A program made the translations under genes and the position numbers. DNA of 64,000 nt. It comes from an uncultured Anaerolineales bacterium (lineage in GTDB: Bacteria; Chloroflexota; Anaerolineae; CG2-30-64-16). Shown one piece after another: positions 1 to 10,035 of the stretch. The DNA lies in NCBI GenBank assembly GCA_964551735.1, contig CAZKEF010000025.1, positions 10,595 to 74,594 of the forward strand. The letters are read 5' to 3'. The stretch's first letter is position 1; every line of letters starts with the position of its first letter. Under the pieces are notes generated by a model. It had not been told where the DNA came from and ran no database searches. It saw only the letters and a program-made list of their open reading frames with translations.

Positions 1-957
1 AGGCGCCTTTACCCAGGTTGTCAATGCTGGACGTGACGATCAGCGTGCGCGTGCCGGGCACGAAAGTCAGGCCGATGGCGCAGGTGTTGGTGTGCGCGGT
101 GTGGCCGAGGGTGGCGACCTGGCCCGCGGGCAGCACGTAGGTCAGCGGCTCGCCCGCGTAGGTGGCCTCATACCGCACCCGCACTTCCACCTCCCCCACC
201 CCTTCCGGCAGCGTCACATAGATCGTGGACAGCATCCCCCGGCTCACCGGAACCAGATGCGGGGAGAAGACGATTCGCTGATTCGCTGATTCGCTGATTC
301 CCAACTCCTGCTCCATCTCCGGCAAATGCCGGTGCGCCCGGCCGATGCTATAGGGGCTGAGGTTCTCGTTAGCTTCCACGAAATGGGTCTTCAGGCTGAG
401 TGACCGCCCCGCGCCCGACACGCCCGACTTACTGTCCGCAATGATCGTGCCGTTCAGCCAGCCCGCCCGGGCCAGCGGCGCCAGGCCCAGGACCACGCTG
501 GTGGGGTAGCAGCCGGGATTCGCCACCACGCCCGCGCAGGCGATCCGGTCACGGTAAAGCTCTGGCAAGCCGTAGACCGCCTGAGCCAGAAGCGCCGGCT
601 CGGTGTGCGCGTGGCCATACCACTGCTGGTAGACTGCGGGGTCGCGCAGCCGGTAATCCGCACTGAGGTCAACCACCCGCGCGCCGGCCGCGCGCGCGGC
701 CGCCACCGGCGCCAGCGACGCCGCGTGCGGCAGACAGCAAAAGACCAGGTCCACGGCCGCGTAATCGGCCTGCGCCAACTTGATCAGTGCCCGGTCGCCC
801 AACACGGGCGGCACCGCGAACACGTCGCCGAAGCGCTGCCCGGCCGACTGCTCCGACGTGAGCCAGACGATCCTGGCGGCTGGATGGCGCTGAAGCAGCC
901 GCAGCAACTCCAGGCCGGTATAGCCGGTTGCGCCGATGATACCAATTCTAACCATGT
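1..957 (-). CDS. argC: N-acetyl-gamma-glutamyl-phosphate reductase, 5' part (start codon at 957, 3' end beyond window start)
   Basis: Reverse-complement translation from ATG at 955-957 gives MVRIGIIGATGYTGLELLRLL..., continuing through CYPTS, the SGAGR loop, FSPHLVPVSRGMLSTIYV and the C-terminal NLGKGA. Runs off the window edge, so it is absent from the complete-ORF track. Confidence 0.85.
272..300. repeat. Tandem octamer GATTCGCT x3.6 embedded in-frame in argC (encodes ISESANQRI)
   Basis: Direct reading: gattcgct gattcgct gattcgct gattc. Three full copies are 24 nt, so the frame is preserved. Confidence 0.8.
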
Positions 958-1142
958 AGTTCACTCCACACAACTACCGATATCCTTGCTGCCTGCAAGC
1001 ACCCTGAGCGGAGCACGGCATTCGTTCGCCGTTCGCAGTCGAAGGGTGGCGGCCTGACACATAAGACCGCTCCGCATCCTTCGACTGTGGGCTGCGGCCC
1101 TCCGCTCAGGATGCTCCGCCACCGTTGAACGGCGAAATCACA

Positions 1143-1179
1143 CAAAAAAGACCAGCTCCCCGGAACTGGGTGCTGGTCT
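1143..1179 (-). terminator. Rho-independent terminator downstream of the GNAT gene
   Basis: 8 bp stem agaccagc/gctggtct with a 15 nt loop. An A6 run on the plus strand gives a T-tract on the minus strand. Lies between the GNAT stop and the argC start. Confidence 0.55.
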
Positions 1180-1374
1180 GCCTCGTGCTGTCGTAGACGT
1201 TTGGCTCGCGCGTGCCCTGACCGGGTGCTATCCCGATGAGTTGGGACGACGACGAGGGAAACGCAGGCTAAAAGCCACTGTCTTGCTCCAAACGTTGGTT
1301 ATGCTTCTGGCACGGCGGCGCATCCCGCCGCCCATCTTTTGCGGGTGGGAGTGTAGCACAGGTGGCCGTGGCTG

Positions 1375-1974
1375 TCAAACACGACTTGGCCCTTGTAGCC
1401 ACGCCTCCAGCCGCGCCTTGACCGTCGGCCACTCCCGATCGAGGATGCTGTAATACACCGAATCCCGGATCGTCCCGTCCGGCGTGATCATGTGGTTACG
1501 CAGGACGCCCTCTTTGGCCGCGCCCAGGCGCTCGATGGCCCGCTGGGAGCGCTCGTTGCGCAGGTCGGTCTTGAACTGTACGCGGATACAGCCCAACGTC
1601 TCGAACGCGTGGCGCAGGAGCAAGTACTTGCACTCGGTGTTGACGGCCGTGCGCCGGAAGGCCGCGCCGTACCAGGTGCCGCCGATCTCCAGGCCGCGGT
1701 CGTGGCGCCGGATGTCCATGTAGCGCGTGCAGCCAATGGCCCGATCGGTCAGTTGGCAGATCACTGCGAAAGGCAGATCCGTGCCGCGCGCCTGCCGCGC
1801 CAGCAGATCGCGCACAAAGCCCAGCATCTTGGCCTCACTGTCAATATCTCCGTACAGCATGTAGCGCCAGATGTCCGGGTCCAGGCCCACTGCGGCCAGA
1901 TCGGGCACATGCGTTTCGGTCAGCGGCTCCAACCGGACGCACCCGGCGGTCAGGGTAATGGGTTGGATGTTCAT
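1375..1974 (-). CDS. GNAT family N-acetyltransferase (RimJ/RimL-like)
   Basis: ORF 1375-2049, with the likely start at MNIQPITLTAG... (1974). GNAT-like motifs around RAIGCTRYM...GLEIGGTWYG...RHAFETLGCIRV. Confidence 0.7.
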   Translation of the reverse strand: MNIQPITLTAGCVRLEPLTETHVPDLAAVGLDPDIWRYMLYGDIDSEAKMLGFVRDLLARQARGTDLPFAVICQLTDRAIGCTRYMDIRRHDRGLEIGGTWYGAAFRRTAVNTECKYLLLRHAFETLGCIRVQFKTDLRNERSQRAIERLGAAKEGVLRNHMITPDGTIRDSVYYSILDREWPTVKARLEAWLQGPSRV

Positions 1975-2197
1975 GGGGGGCAGTATAGAACAGGTTGTGC
2001 AACGGGTCAATTGGGGAATTTGGACTATTTCTCTCACAGACTTTGACAAAAATCGCCTTCTGGGCTACACTATGAGTGTTATGAGGCGGCGCACGTCTCG
2101 CTGGAATGTATCCATATGGATGTCGTCTGGGGCAGTTCGCCGGACGACTTTTTTATTGGGCCCCGATCCGCGCGATCCGGGCCGGGAAGAACAAAAA

Positions 2198-3856
2198 ATG
2201 ACGGAAAGTCTGCGCATCATCCCCTTGGGCGGCCTGGGGGAAGTGGGGAAGAACATGATGCTCTTCGAATATGGCCGCAACATCCTGGTGGTAGACGCAG
2301 GGATCATGTTCCCAGAACAGGACATGCTCGGCATTGACGTGGTGATCCCCGACTACTCGTATTTGCGCGCGCGCGCCGACCGGGTGCGCGCATTCGTGAT
2401 CACCCACGGCCACGAGGACCACATCGGCGGGTTGCCCTATCTGCTGGGCGACGTGGTGCCGGCCAACACACCGATCTACGCGACACCCCTGGCCGCGGGC
2501 CTGATCCGGGCGAAGCTGGCGGAGCATCCGAAACTGGGCACGCCCAACCTGCACCCCATCACTGCCGGCGAAACCTTTCTGGTCGGCCCGTTCGAGGTGG
2601 AGTTTCTGGCCATCACCCACTCAATCCCCGACGGGGTCGGCCTGGCCATCGGCACGCCGGCCGGCAAGGTGCTCCACACCGGCGACTTCAAGTTCGACTA
2701 CACACCGGTACGCGGGGGTGGCCCCAGCTTTGCGCGCTTAGGCCAGTTGGGCGCGCAGGGGGTGCTGGCACTGCTCAGCGACTCCACCGGCGCAGAGAAA
2801 GCGGGCTCAACCCCTTCCGAGGCGGTCATCGGCCCCGCGTTTGAACAGATTTTCCGGGAGGCGCCGGGCCGGATCATTATCGCGACCTTCGCGTCGCTGC
2901 TGAGCCGCGTGCAGCAGGTGATCGATGCGGCGGAGCGGCACGGCCGCTTGGTTGCGCTGGCCGGCTACTCCATGGTCAAGACCGCCGAGATCGCACGCGA
3001 GCTGGGCCACCTGGAGGCGCCTCCCGGTCTGCTGGTTGACCTGAACGAGGCGTTGAAGCTGCCCGATGGCCGCGTCGCCATCGTCACCACCGGCAGCCAG
3101 GGCCAGCCCGAGGCCGCGCTGGCGCGCATGGCCCACGGCACGCACCGCCAGATTGAAGTCAAGGCCGGCGACACCGTCGTCCTGTCATCAACGCCCATCC
3201 CCGGCAACGAGGAGGTGGTGGCGCGGCTCATCAACAAGCTGATCGCCCGCGGTGCGGAGGTGATCTACCCGCCGCTGGCGCCGGTGCACGTGTCGGGCCA
3301 TGCCAGCCAGGAGGAGCAAAAGCTGATGCTGTCGCTGACCCGGCCGCGCTTCTTCATCCCGGTGCATGGTGAGCTGCGCCACCTGCACGCCCACGCGCGG
3401 CTTGCACGGCAGCTCGGTATCCCGGCCGATAATATCGTGGTAGCCGAAAACGGCGCGGTGATCGAGCTCAACGCCGATTCGGCGCGCATCGTTGAGCAGG
3501 TTCCAGCCGGTGAGGTGTACGTGGATGGCTCTGGCGTGGGGGATGTGGGACCAAAGGTGATGGCTGAACGCGAGATCCTGGCCCGCGATGGCTTCGTGAT
3601 CGCGTTAGTGCCGGTCAGCGCGGCCACTGGCGAGGTGGTCGGCAGGCCGGAGCTGGTTTCCCGCGGGTTCGTTTACGTGCGTGAAAGCAACGACCTGCTG
3701 GAACGGGCAGCGGATCGCGCGTACTCCGCGCTGCGGGTCACCAACATCCGCAAACGCCAGGCCATCATCGAGCGGACCCAAGATGCGCTGAAACGTTTCC
3801 TGTTTGACGAGACCGGCCGCAAGCCGATGGTGGTCGCGATAGTGATCGAGAAATAG
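2198..3856 (+). CDS. rnj: Ribonuclease J (beta-CASP metallo-beta-lactamase RNase)
   Basis: MTESLRIIPLGGLGEVGKNMMLFEY...VITHGHEDHIGGLPYLL...HVSGHASQEE, 552 aa. The in-frame upstream extension from 1871 has no support and overlaps the GNAT gene. Confidence 0.9.
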   Translation: MTESLRIIPLGGLGEVGKNMMLFEYGRNILVVDAGIMFPEQDMLGIDVVIPDYSYLRARADRVRAFVITHGHEDHIGGLPYLLGDVVPANTPIYATPLAAGLIRAKLAEHPKLGTPNLHPITAGETFLVGPFEVEFLAITHSIPDGVGLAIGTPAGKVLHTGDFKFDYTPVRGGGPSFARLGQLGAQGVLALLSDSTGAEKAGSTPSEAVIGPAFEQIFREAPGRIIIATFASLLSRVQQVIDAAERHGRLVALAGYSMVKTAEIARELGHLEAPPGLLVDLNEALKLPDGRVAIVTTGSQGQPEAALARMAHGTHRQIEVKAGDTVVLSSTPIPGNEEVVARLINKLIARGAEVIYPPLAPVHVSGHASQEEQKLMLSLTRPRFFIPVHGELRHLHAHARLARQLGIPADNIVVAENGAVIELNADSARIVEQVPAGEVYVDGSGVGDVGPKVMAEREILARDGFVIALVPVSAATGEVVGRPELVSRGFVYVRESNDLLERAADRAYSALRVTNIRKRQAIIERTQDALKRFLFDETGRKPMVVAIVIEK

Positions 3857-3862
3857 AAAAGA

Positions 3863-3894
3863 GGGAGGCGGGTGACGGTCGTCACCCGCCTCCC
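3863..3894. terminator. Bidirectional hairpin terminator between convergent rnj and rny
   Basis: Perfect 14 bp stem gggaggcgggtgac/gtcacccgcctccc in the 59 bp gap between the two stop codons. Confidence 0.6.
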
Positions 3895-3915
3895 TTCACT
3901 ATCAAGCCGTAAGAG

Positions 3916-5487
3916 CTACTTTGCCAGCTCCACCGCGCGCGTCTCACGCACGACCATCACCTTGATCTGGCCCGGATACTCCAGGTTATCCTCGATCCGC
4001 TGAGCGATCTCCTTGGCCAGGCGGATCGAAGCCAAGTCGTCCACGTCTTCGGGCTTCACGATCACACGCACCTCGCGGCCGGCCTGGATCGCATAGGTCT
4101 GCTGGACACCCTGGAACGAGTTGCCGATCTCCTCCAGCGCCTGGATACGCTTGACGTAGGTTTCCAACGCCTCGCGTCGCGCACCGGGCCGCGAGCCGGA
4201 GATGGCGTCCGCAGCCGTGGCGATAGCCGCTTCCACCGACAGCTGATCCACCTCGTGATGATGCGATGCGATGATATTCACCACCTCGGCCGGCACACCG
4301 TAGCGCTTGGCGATATCTGCGCCCACCTGGGCATGCGCGCCTTCCACCTCGTGACTCACGGCCTTGCCGATATCATGCAGCAGCGCGCCCATCTTGGCGA
4401 TCTGGATGTTCGCGCCCATTTCAGCAGCCAACATCGCCGCGATATGGGTGGCCTCCACGGCGTGTGCCAGCTGATTCTGGCCGTAGCTGGTACGATATTT
4501 CAGGCGGCCCAAGAGCTTGACCAACTCAGGGTGCAACATCTGTAAGCCCACCTCGATCACGGCTTGCTCGCCCGCGTCCTTGATGGACTTCTCCACCTCT
4601 TGCTGTGCCTTCTCGACCTCTTTCTCGATGCGCGCCGGGTGGATGCGGCCATCTTGCACCAAGCGGCCCAAGGCAATGCGCGCCACCTCGCGGCGGACGG
4701 GGTCAAAGCTGGATATGATCACCGCCTCGGGTGTGTCATCCACTACCAGGTCCACCCCGGTGACCTGTTCAATGGCCCGGATGTTGCGGCCCTGGCGGCC
4801 GATGATGCGGCCCTTCATCTCGTCCGTAGGAAGCGGCACGCTGGAGACCGTGGTCTCCGACACGTGCTCCGAGGCCACCCGCTCGATGACGCGTGTGATG
4901 ATGCGGCGCGCTCGCTCGTCAGCCTCGGCCATGGCCTCAGCCTCAACCTCCCGGATCTTGCGGGCCATCTCCTGCCGGGTGCTCAGCTCGACCGCGGCCA
5001 ACAGCTCGCGTCGCGCGTCGTCCTGGCTCATGTTGGCGATCCGCTCCAGTTCCAGGCGGCGCTCCTCCTCCAGCTTGACCAGATCGGCCTCGCGTTTGTC
5101 CAGTTTGGCCTGGCGCTGATCCAACTTGCGGTTGCGCGCATCCGCCTGTTCCAGCTTGACGTCAAGTTGCTCCTGGCGTCGCTGGAGCCGCTCCTCGCTG
5201 CGGTCCATTTCTCGGCGCCGGCGTTGGATGTCTTGCTCCGCCTCTTCAAGGATGCGAACCTTCTGTTCCTGGGCAACCAGCGCTACGGTCTTGGCTTTGC
5301 TTTCAGCCTCAGCCAGGATGCGCTTAGACTCGACCTCAGCGTTGCGGGTGAGGGCCTCGGCCTCATTGCGCGCCTGGAGCTGGCGAGAGCGCACGATCAA
5401 GTAGCCGATGACCCCGCCGGCCACGCCAGCCGCCAGGAAGATCAGCAGGTCCACCACCACGCGGAGACCTGGATTTCCGATAAACAT
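3916..5487 (-). CDS. rny: Ribonuclease Y (N-terminal TM, coiled coil, KH and HD domains)
   Basis: N-terminal LLIFLAAGVAGGVIGYLIV, a long charged coiled coil, KH motif GRIIGRQGRNIRAIE, HD motif LHDIGK...HH, 523 aa. GTGAGGA ribosome-binding site upstream. Confidence 0.9.
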   Translation of the reverse strand: MFIGNPGLRVVVDLLIFLAAGVAGGVIGYLIVRSRQLQARNEAEALTRNAEVESKRILAEAESKAKTVALVAQEQKVRILEEAEQDIQRRRREMDRSEERLQRRQEQLDVKLEQADARNRKLDQRQAKLDKREADLVKLEEERRLELERIANMSQDDARRELLAAVELSTRQEMARKIREVEAEAMAEADERARRIITRVIERVASEHVSETTVSSVPLPTDEMKGRIIGRQGRNIRAIEQVTGVDLVVDDTPEAVIISSFDPVRREVARIALGRLVQDGRIHPARIEKEVEKAQQEVEKSIKDAGEQAVIEVGLQMLHPELVKLLGRLKYRTSYGQNQLAHAVEATHIAAMLAAEMGANIQIAKMGALLHDIGKAVSHEVEGAHAQVGADIAKRYGVPAEVVNIIASHHHEVDQLSVEAAIATAADAISGSRPGARREALETYVKRIQALEEIGNSFQGVQQTYAIQAGREVRVIVKPEDVDDLASIRLAKEIAQRIEDNLEYPGQIKVMVVRETRAVELAK

Positions 5488-5503
5488 CGTTAATTCCTCA
5501 CTT

Positions 5504-6151
5504 TCAGTCTGGCATTATATCTTGGGAAAGTTCACGCAGCAACCGGGCGACGGCCTCTGCGATCACGTCATAGTCAAAGCCACGGCGCAACAAAAAGTCA
5601 CTCAACTTGCGCCGAAAGCTTGTGGGATCCACCTGCGCCAATTGCGCAAGACGCTCAGCGCGCGGCTGCGCTGCCCGGTATGCGGCCTCAGCCGTATCCA
5701 ACCTTTCCAGCGCCCCGGCGATGGTGTCAGCGTCAAGGCCGCGCTGCCGCAATTCCTGGCGCAACGCTCGCTCCCCTTTGGGGCGAAAGCGTTGGCGGTT
5801 CTCGACCCAGAACCGGGCAAACTCAGCGTCGTCCAGGTAGCCTTGTTCGGCCAACCGGGCCAACGTCTCTTCCACAGTATCCGGGTCAAAATCGGCCTCG
5901 ACCAGGTTCCGCCGCAGCTCGGCCGCGCTGCGCGGCCGATAGCTCAGGTAATGCAGCGCACGGTCATAGGCTTTCTGCCGGATATCCAGCGCCCGCAATT
6001 GGGCGATCTCGGTGTCGTCAAGGTGCTGGCCCACGCGCAGGCGGGCGGCCTCCAGGGCCGGCAGCGCCAGGACATATGTGCCGTCCAGGTATACGTTCAC
6101 CCGGTCAGCCGTCTGTTTTTGAAACTTCAAACTCGTGATCGTACCGGCCAT
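5504..6151 (-). CDS. recX: Regulatory protein RecX
   Basis: MAGTITSLKFQKQTADRVNVYLDGTYVLAL..., three-helix repeat architecture. Sits 16 nt upstream of the rny start in the recA-recX-rny order. The start (6151 versus the ORF-track start 6196) is uncertain. Confidence 0.75.
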   Translation of the reverse strand: MAGTITSLKFQKQTADRVNVYLDGTYVLALPALEAARLRVGQHLDDTEIAQLRALDIRQKAYDRALHYLSYRPRSAAELRRNLVEADFDPDTVEETLARLAEQGYLDDAEFARFWVENRQRFRPKGERALRQELRQRGLDADTIAGALERLDTAEAAYRAAQPRAERLAQLAQVDPTSFRRKLSDFLLRRGFDYDVIAEAVARLLRELSQDIMPD

Positions 6152-6648
6152 CCGAGCCTGTCTCGGGAGCAGGCGCGAGGCCGTGCCCCTACACATTGAT
6201 TAACAACAAAAAAGCCGTAGCCACAGGCTGCCCCGTTGAGGCCCTGCGCCACAGCTTTTGTCTCGTTTACAGCGCGCGCGAATGCTGAACTTACCCGTGC
6301 AGCAGCGTCAGCACGCTCGAAGTTCTTCGGACGTGGAGAGCGCCGGAGAAACCGGCCAATTCCGTACGCCGGGGCATCCCAACATCGAAAGATATGCCCG
6401 GCTCAACTCACAGGTGCGTGAGCAACCTCGCACCCCTGCGCATGGGCTTGCGAGGTTACTTGCGCTACGCCATGGATGATACCCCCACGAGTCTCCAGTG
6501 CCAGCGCCGCTGCAGCGGCGTATAAACGGCGATTCAAACTGTGTCCAGGCCCCAACCAGGGGCAAAAAGCTGCTCCGAAACCGGTCTGCCGACCGCCGGC
6601 CCCGCTGCACAGATGACAATAAGCGCGCGTCGGGGTTCGGAGCAGGAT

Positions 6649-6682
6649 GGCTGACGCCTGCCTCCGGGGCGCAGCGTCAGCC
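6649..6682 (-). terminator. Hairpin immediately downstream of the recA stop (terminator/attenuator candidate, no U-tract)
   Basis: ggctgacgc...gcgtcagcc, a 9 bp perfect stem 15 nt after the TAA of recA, with a GC-rich 3' flank. Confidence 0.4.
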
Positions 6683-6696
6683 AAAGATAACAGCAA

Positions 6697-7737
<1,041 letters not shown>

Positions 7738-7838
7738 ACGTCACTCCCTCTCAAGTACACGTCAACGAATCAAACTTATGTGCGAGCGATGACAGGAGTG
7801 TACATCAGGCTGGGGAAAAACGCAAATTACGAAACGAG

Positions 7839-7852
7839 AGAACGGATGTTCG
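7839..7852. promoter_or_regulatory. LexA/Cheo-type SOS box (GAAC-N4-GTTC) in the recA promoter region
   Basis: AGAACGGATGTTCG about 100 nt upstream of the recA ATG. Matches the Gram-positive/Chloroflexi LexA consensus CGAACnnnnGTTCG. Confidence 0.55.
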
Positions 7853-7909
7853 TAAAACAACAAAGCCCTGCTCTTGAGCCGATCGAAGGTCCTCTTTTCA
7901 AGAGCAGGG
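7852..7909 (-). terminator. Rho-independent terminator of the secreted-protein gene
   Basis: 12 bp stem ccctgctcttga/tcaagagcaggg, followed on the minus strand by cTTTgTTgTTTTa. Confidence 0.6.
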
Positions 7910-7986
7910 AAGGAGCAAGGGCAGAGATTCACCGGAAGCTGCGCGCTCATGGCCGCAGTCATTCGTTCCGCTCAACCGGAGACGTG

Positions 7987-9624
7987 CTACCAGCACCGCC
8001 GATAGACCGGGACCATGCTCGAAGTCGCCACTTGGCTTTTCAGTCCGGTCGCGCTCACCGCCATGATCTGATAGTAGACCACGGGGTTGTTGCACATGTT
8101 GACCGCCTGGGCAGCAGAGGAGCAATCATCAAACTGAGACGAAGCACCCGGCACCTGTACGGTACCCAGGGGCTCATCACCTACAAGCGTGAGCTCATAT
8201 TTGTCAGCTTTGGCGGCAGGCGCATCACTCGTGGCAGGCTGCCATGTGACGTGAAAGCACTTGTTCGTCGGGTTATAAAGTGCATTGTCCGAAGCCTGGA
8301 CATTCGTCACGCGCATGGGTGTCCATTGACTGGGGGGCACCCAATTGATAGAACAACGGAAGTTGGCTACAAGGCGCACAGAACCGAGTACACCAATCAC
8401 GTATGTACTGGCCGTTTCGCTATAGTCGATCTGCATTTCGTTTTGCACGATGTCGCCGGTGAAGTTGAGGGTGTTCGTCCCGCTTGACACAGGCTCCAGA
8501 TGCAGCCGCAACCTATCAGGCGCGGGATAGGTGATCTCTGCCGGTGTAACAGCATAACTGGACATGTAATCGCCGAGCAAGACGCCCGTCTTGGCCCGAA
8601 AGATCATCGCCTTCATATTTTCCAACGTTCGGCTTTGAGCTTCAGCCGCGGTGAACGGCTGTTCAACACCCGAATAGTATAGAAAACCATACGCCGAGTT
8701 GAATGCGCAGCGGCTAGTATCCAGGACAAAGTTCTCCTGTGCCCCAGGTGTCTCGAGCGTTCGCTTGATCCATTCGAAGGCTGTCCCTGCAGGCGGCGTC
8801 TCAACCTTGGGTGGTTTCGCGATCAACGGCAGATAAACGGTCTTGCCTCTGGCAGGGGGCGGGGGTGAGGGTGTAACGGTGACATCAACCGACACATCAT
8901 CAAGGGTAAACCCAATATCGGTGATACTACTATCGCTGAAAAACGCCAGGGCCAGCCATACCTGGCCGACGCCGAGCCGGTCGTCAAGCGGGTAATCAAT
9001 CTGGTAGTATCCGTTGCCCGCATCACCCCCCGTTGCGTCACCACACAACGCCCCACCCGCCAAATCGGTGTCATCGGTAAAGGAGCCCACGAACAGGCCA
9101 TCATAGCAAGTATCCCCTTGCGGGGCTTCTGTCCGACCCCAGACATGGAAGCGGAGGCTGGCGGCCGTGGCCTGAGTCAAATCAATGGGACCGTAGATTG
9201 CCCATGTCTCGATGTTATCGGGGTAGTTGCCAGTGCAACCCAAAGCGCTGCCGTTTGCGCCGCCTCCCACCGTCCAGCCAGCGGCACTGCCCGTGCGGGG
9301 ATGGCAGGTGCGCTTGCCGAGGAGATACTCGCCTCCGTCCGCAACACTGTTGTCAAGAAGCTCCCAGCCGGTGGTGGGCCAGGCTCCCTCGAAGCCCTCG
9401 CTCATCTGAGTTGTTGCGGGCTGCTGCACCCCGGCCGCGGTCACCGGTGCAGGCGGCAGGATGAGCACCCGATCCACCCATTGTAGCTGGCCATCGGCAT
9501 CCACGCTGCGCAAAGGCGGCACAACGCCCATCGCCGTGCCGGAATTGGGCACGCCGAGCAGGGTCAACAACACTGTGACGAAGATCAGCTTGTCAAGCAG
9601 TTTGGGTAATCGTACCTTTGTCAT
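7987..9624 (-). CDS. Secreted hypothetical protein (signal peptide; Gly/Asp-rich beta-rich N-terminal domain, Pro-rich linker, C-terminal beta domain)
   Basis: Start at MTKVRLPKLLDKLIFVTVLLTLLGVPNSGTA (9624) with an AGGAGG ribosome-binding site. 545 aa, no recognisable catalytic motif. A PSPPPPARGKT linker and a KYELTLVGDEPLGTVQVPG stretch that looks fibronectin-III/Ig-like. Confidence 0.7.
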   Translation of the reverse strand: MTKVRLPKLLDKLIFVTVLLTLLGVPNSGTAMGVVPPLRSVDADGQLQWVDRVLILPPAPVTAAGVQQPATTQMSEGFEGAWPTTGWELLDNSVADGGEYLLGKRTCHPRTGSAAGWTVGGGANGSALGCTGNYPDNIETWAIYGPIDLTQATAASLRFHVWGRTEAPQGDTCYDGLFVGSFTDDTDLAGGALCGDATGGDAGNGYYQIDYPLDDRLGVGQVWLALAFFSDSSITDIGFTLDDVSVDVTVTPSPPPPARGKTVYLPLIAKPPKVETPPAGTAFEWIKRTLETPGAQENFVLDTSRCAFNSAYGFLYYSGVEQPFTAAEAQSRTLENMKAMIFRAKTGVLLGDYMSSYAVTPAEITYPAPDRLRLHLEPVSSGTNTLNFTGDIVQNEMQIDYSETASTYVIGVLGSVRLVANFRCSINWVPPSQWTPMRVTNVQASDNALYNPTNKCFHVTWQPATSDAPAAKADKYELTLVGDEPLGTVQVPGASSQFDDCSSAAQAVNMCNNPVVYYQIMAVSATGLKSQVATSSMVPVYRRCW

Positions 9625-9871
9625 GGTTCTCTTCCTCCTGATAGTTTTGTGATGCGAGTGCCTGCTCATCCGAGCAAGGCATACACTCCCCGGTCTGAGT
9701 ACGCAGGTACATCCACAGGGCCGTCAGCCCTGCGAAACCATGCCGCTGGCCTGTCGTGGCATCCTGCAGCATGGCTCGCCAGGGGCTGTACGGGCTCTCA
9801 CGCCAGAGCCGCAGCAGGTAGGCGTGATAATCGGTTCGGTTTGACTGGCCGGGTTGCTGATCCTGTGCCAT
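9593..9871 (-). CDS. Small hypothetical protein with motif YLLRLWRE...WRAML.D..TG.RHGFAGL..L..YL (speculative)
   Basis: 92 aa ORF starting MAQDQQ with a GAAGGGGG ribosome-binding site. Overlaps the start of the secreted-protein gene by 32 nt in another frame. The motif looks like a conserved small-protein family, but I cannot name it. Confidence 0.3.
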   Translation of the reverse strand: MAQDQQPGQSNRTDYHAYLLRLWRESPYSPWRAMLQDATTGQRHGFAGLTALWMYLRTQTGECMPCSDEQALASQNYQEEENHDKGTITQTA

Positions 9872-9896
9872 ACGCCCCCTTCTCTTACACCGCATC

Positions 9897-9945
9897 CTAC
9901 TCCACGACCGTTAACGCAACGTTACGCGGCCCGCGAAACCCCTCG
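9897..9945. promoter_or_regulatory. Conserved intergenic motif, copy 1 (core CCGTTAACGCAACGTTACGCG, tandem about 10 bp periodic half-sites)
   Basis: About 83 % identical over a 30 nt core to 19441-19489. Contains the CGTTAACG palindrome and a CGTTAaCGC direct repeat 10-11 bp apart. Lies in the divergent promoter region between the secreted gene and the SARP gene. Confidence 0.4.
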
Positions 9946-10019
9946 TTTTCCGGATTATTAAGGGATATTGACAATACCCCCATTCCCTCACATGTGAATT
10001 TGCCCACAGATCGAAACAA

Positions 10020-10028
10020 TGCTAGAAT
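10020..10028 (+). promoter_or_regulatory. Extended -10 (TGcTAGAAT) 7 nt upstream of the SARP ATG; predicts a leaderless transcript
   Basis: tgctagaat ends 7 nt before ATG 10036. There is no Shine-Dalgarno sequence upstream of this ATG. Confidence 0.35.
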
Positions 10029-10035
10029 CCACGAC

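Noticed and set aside
605-1057. 150 aa plus-strand ORF (and 454-672, 948-1145) overlapping argC
   Set aside because: Antisense or overlapping the well-supported ArgC frame. Arg/Gly/Pro-rich composition typical of high-GC frame artefacts.
1492-2046. 184 aa plus-strand ORF antisense to the GNAT gene
   Set aside because: No motifs. The opposite strand encodes a coherent GNAT protein.
4564-5493. 309 aa ORF antisense to rny, and 4517-5119
   Set aside because: rny is unambiguous. The antisense translation is low-complexity Leu/Ala/Arg.
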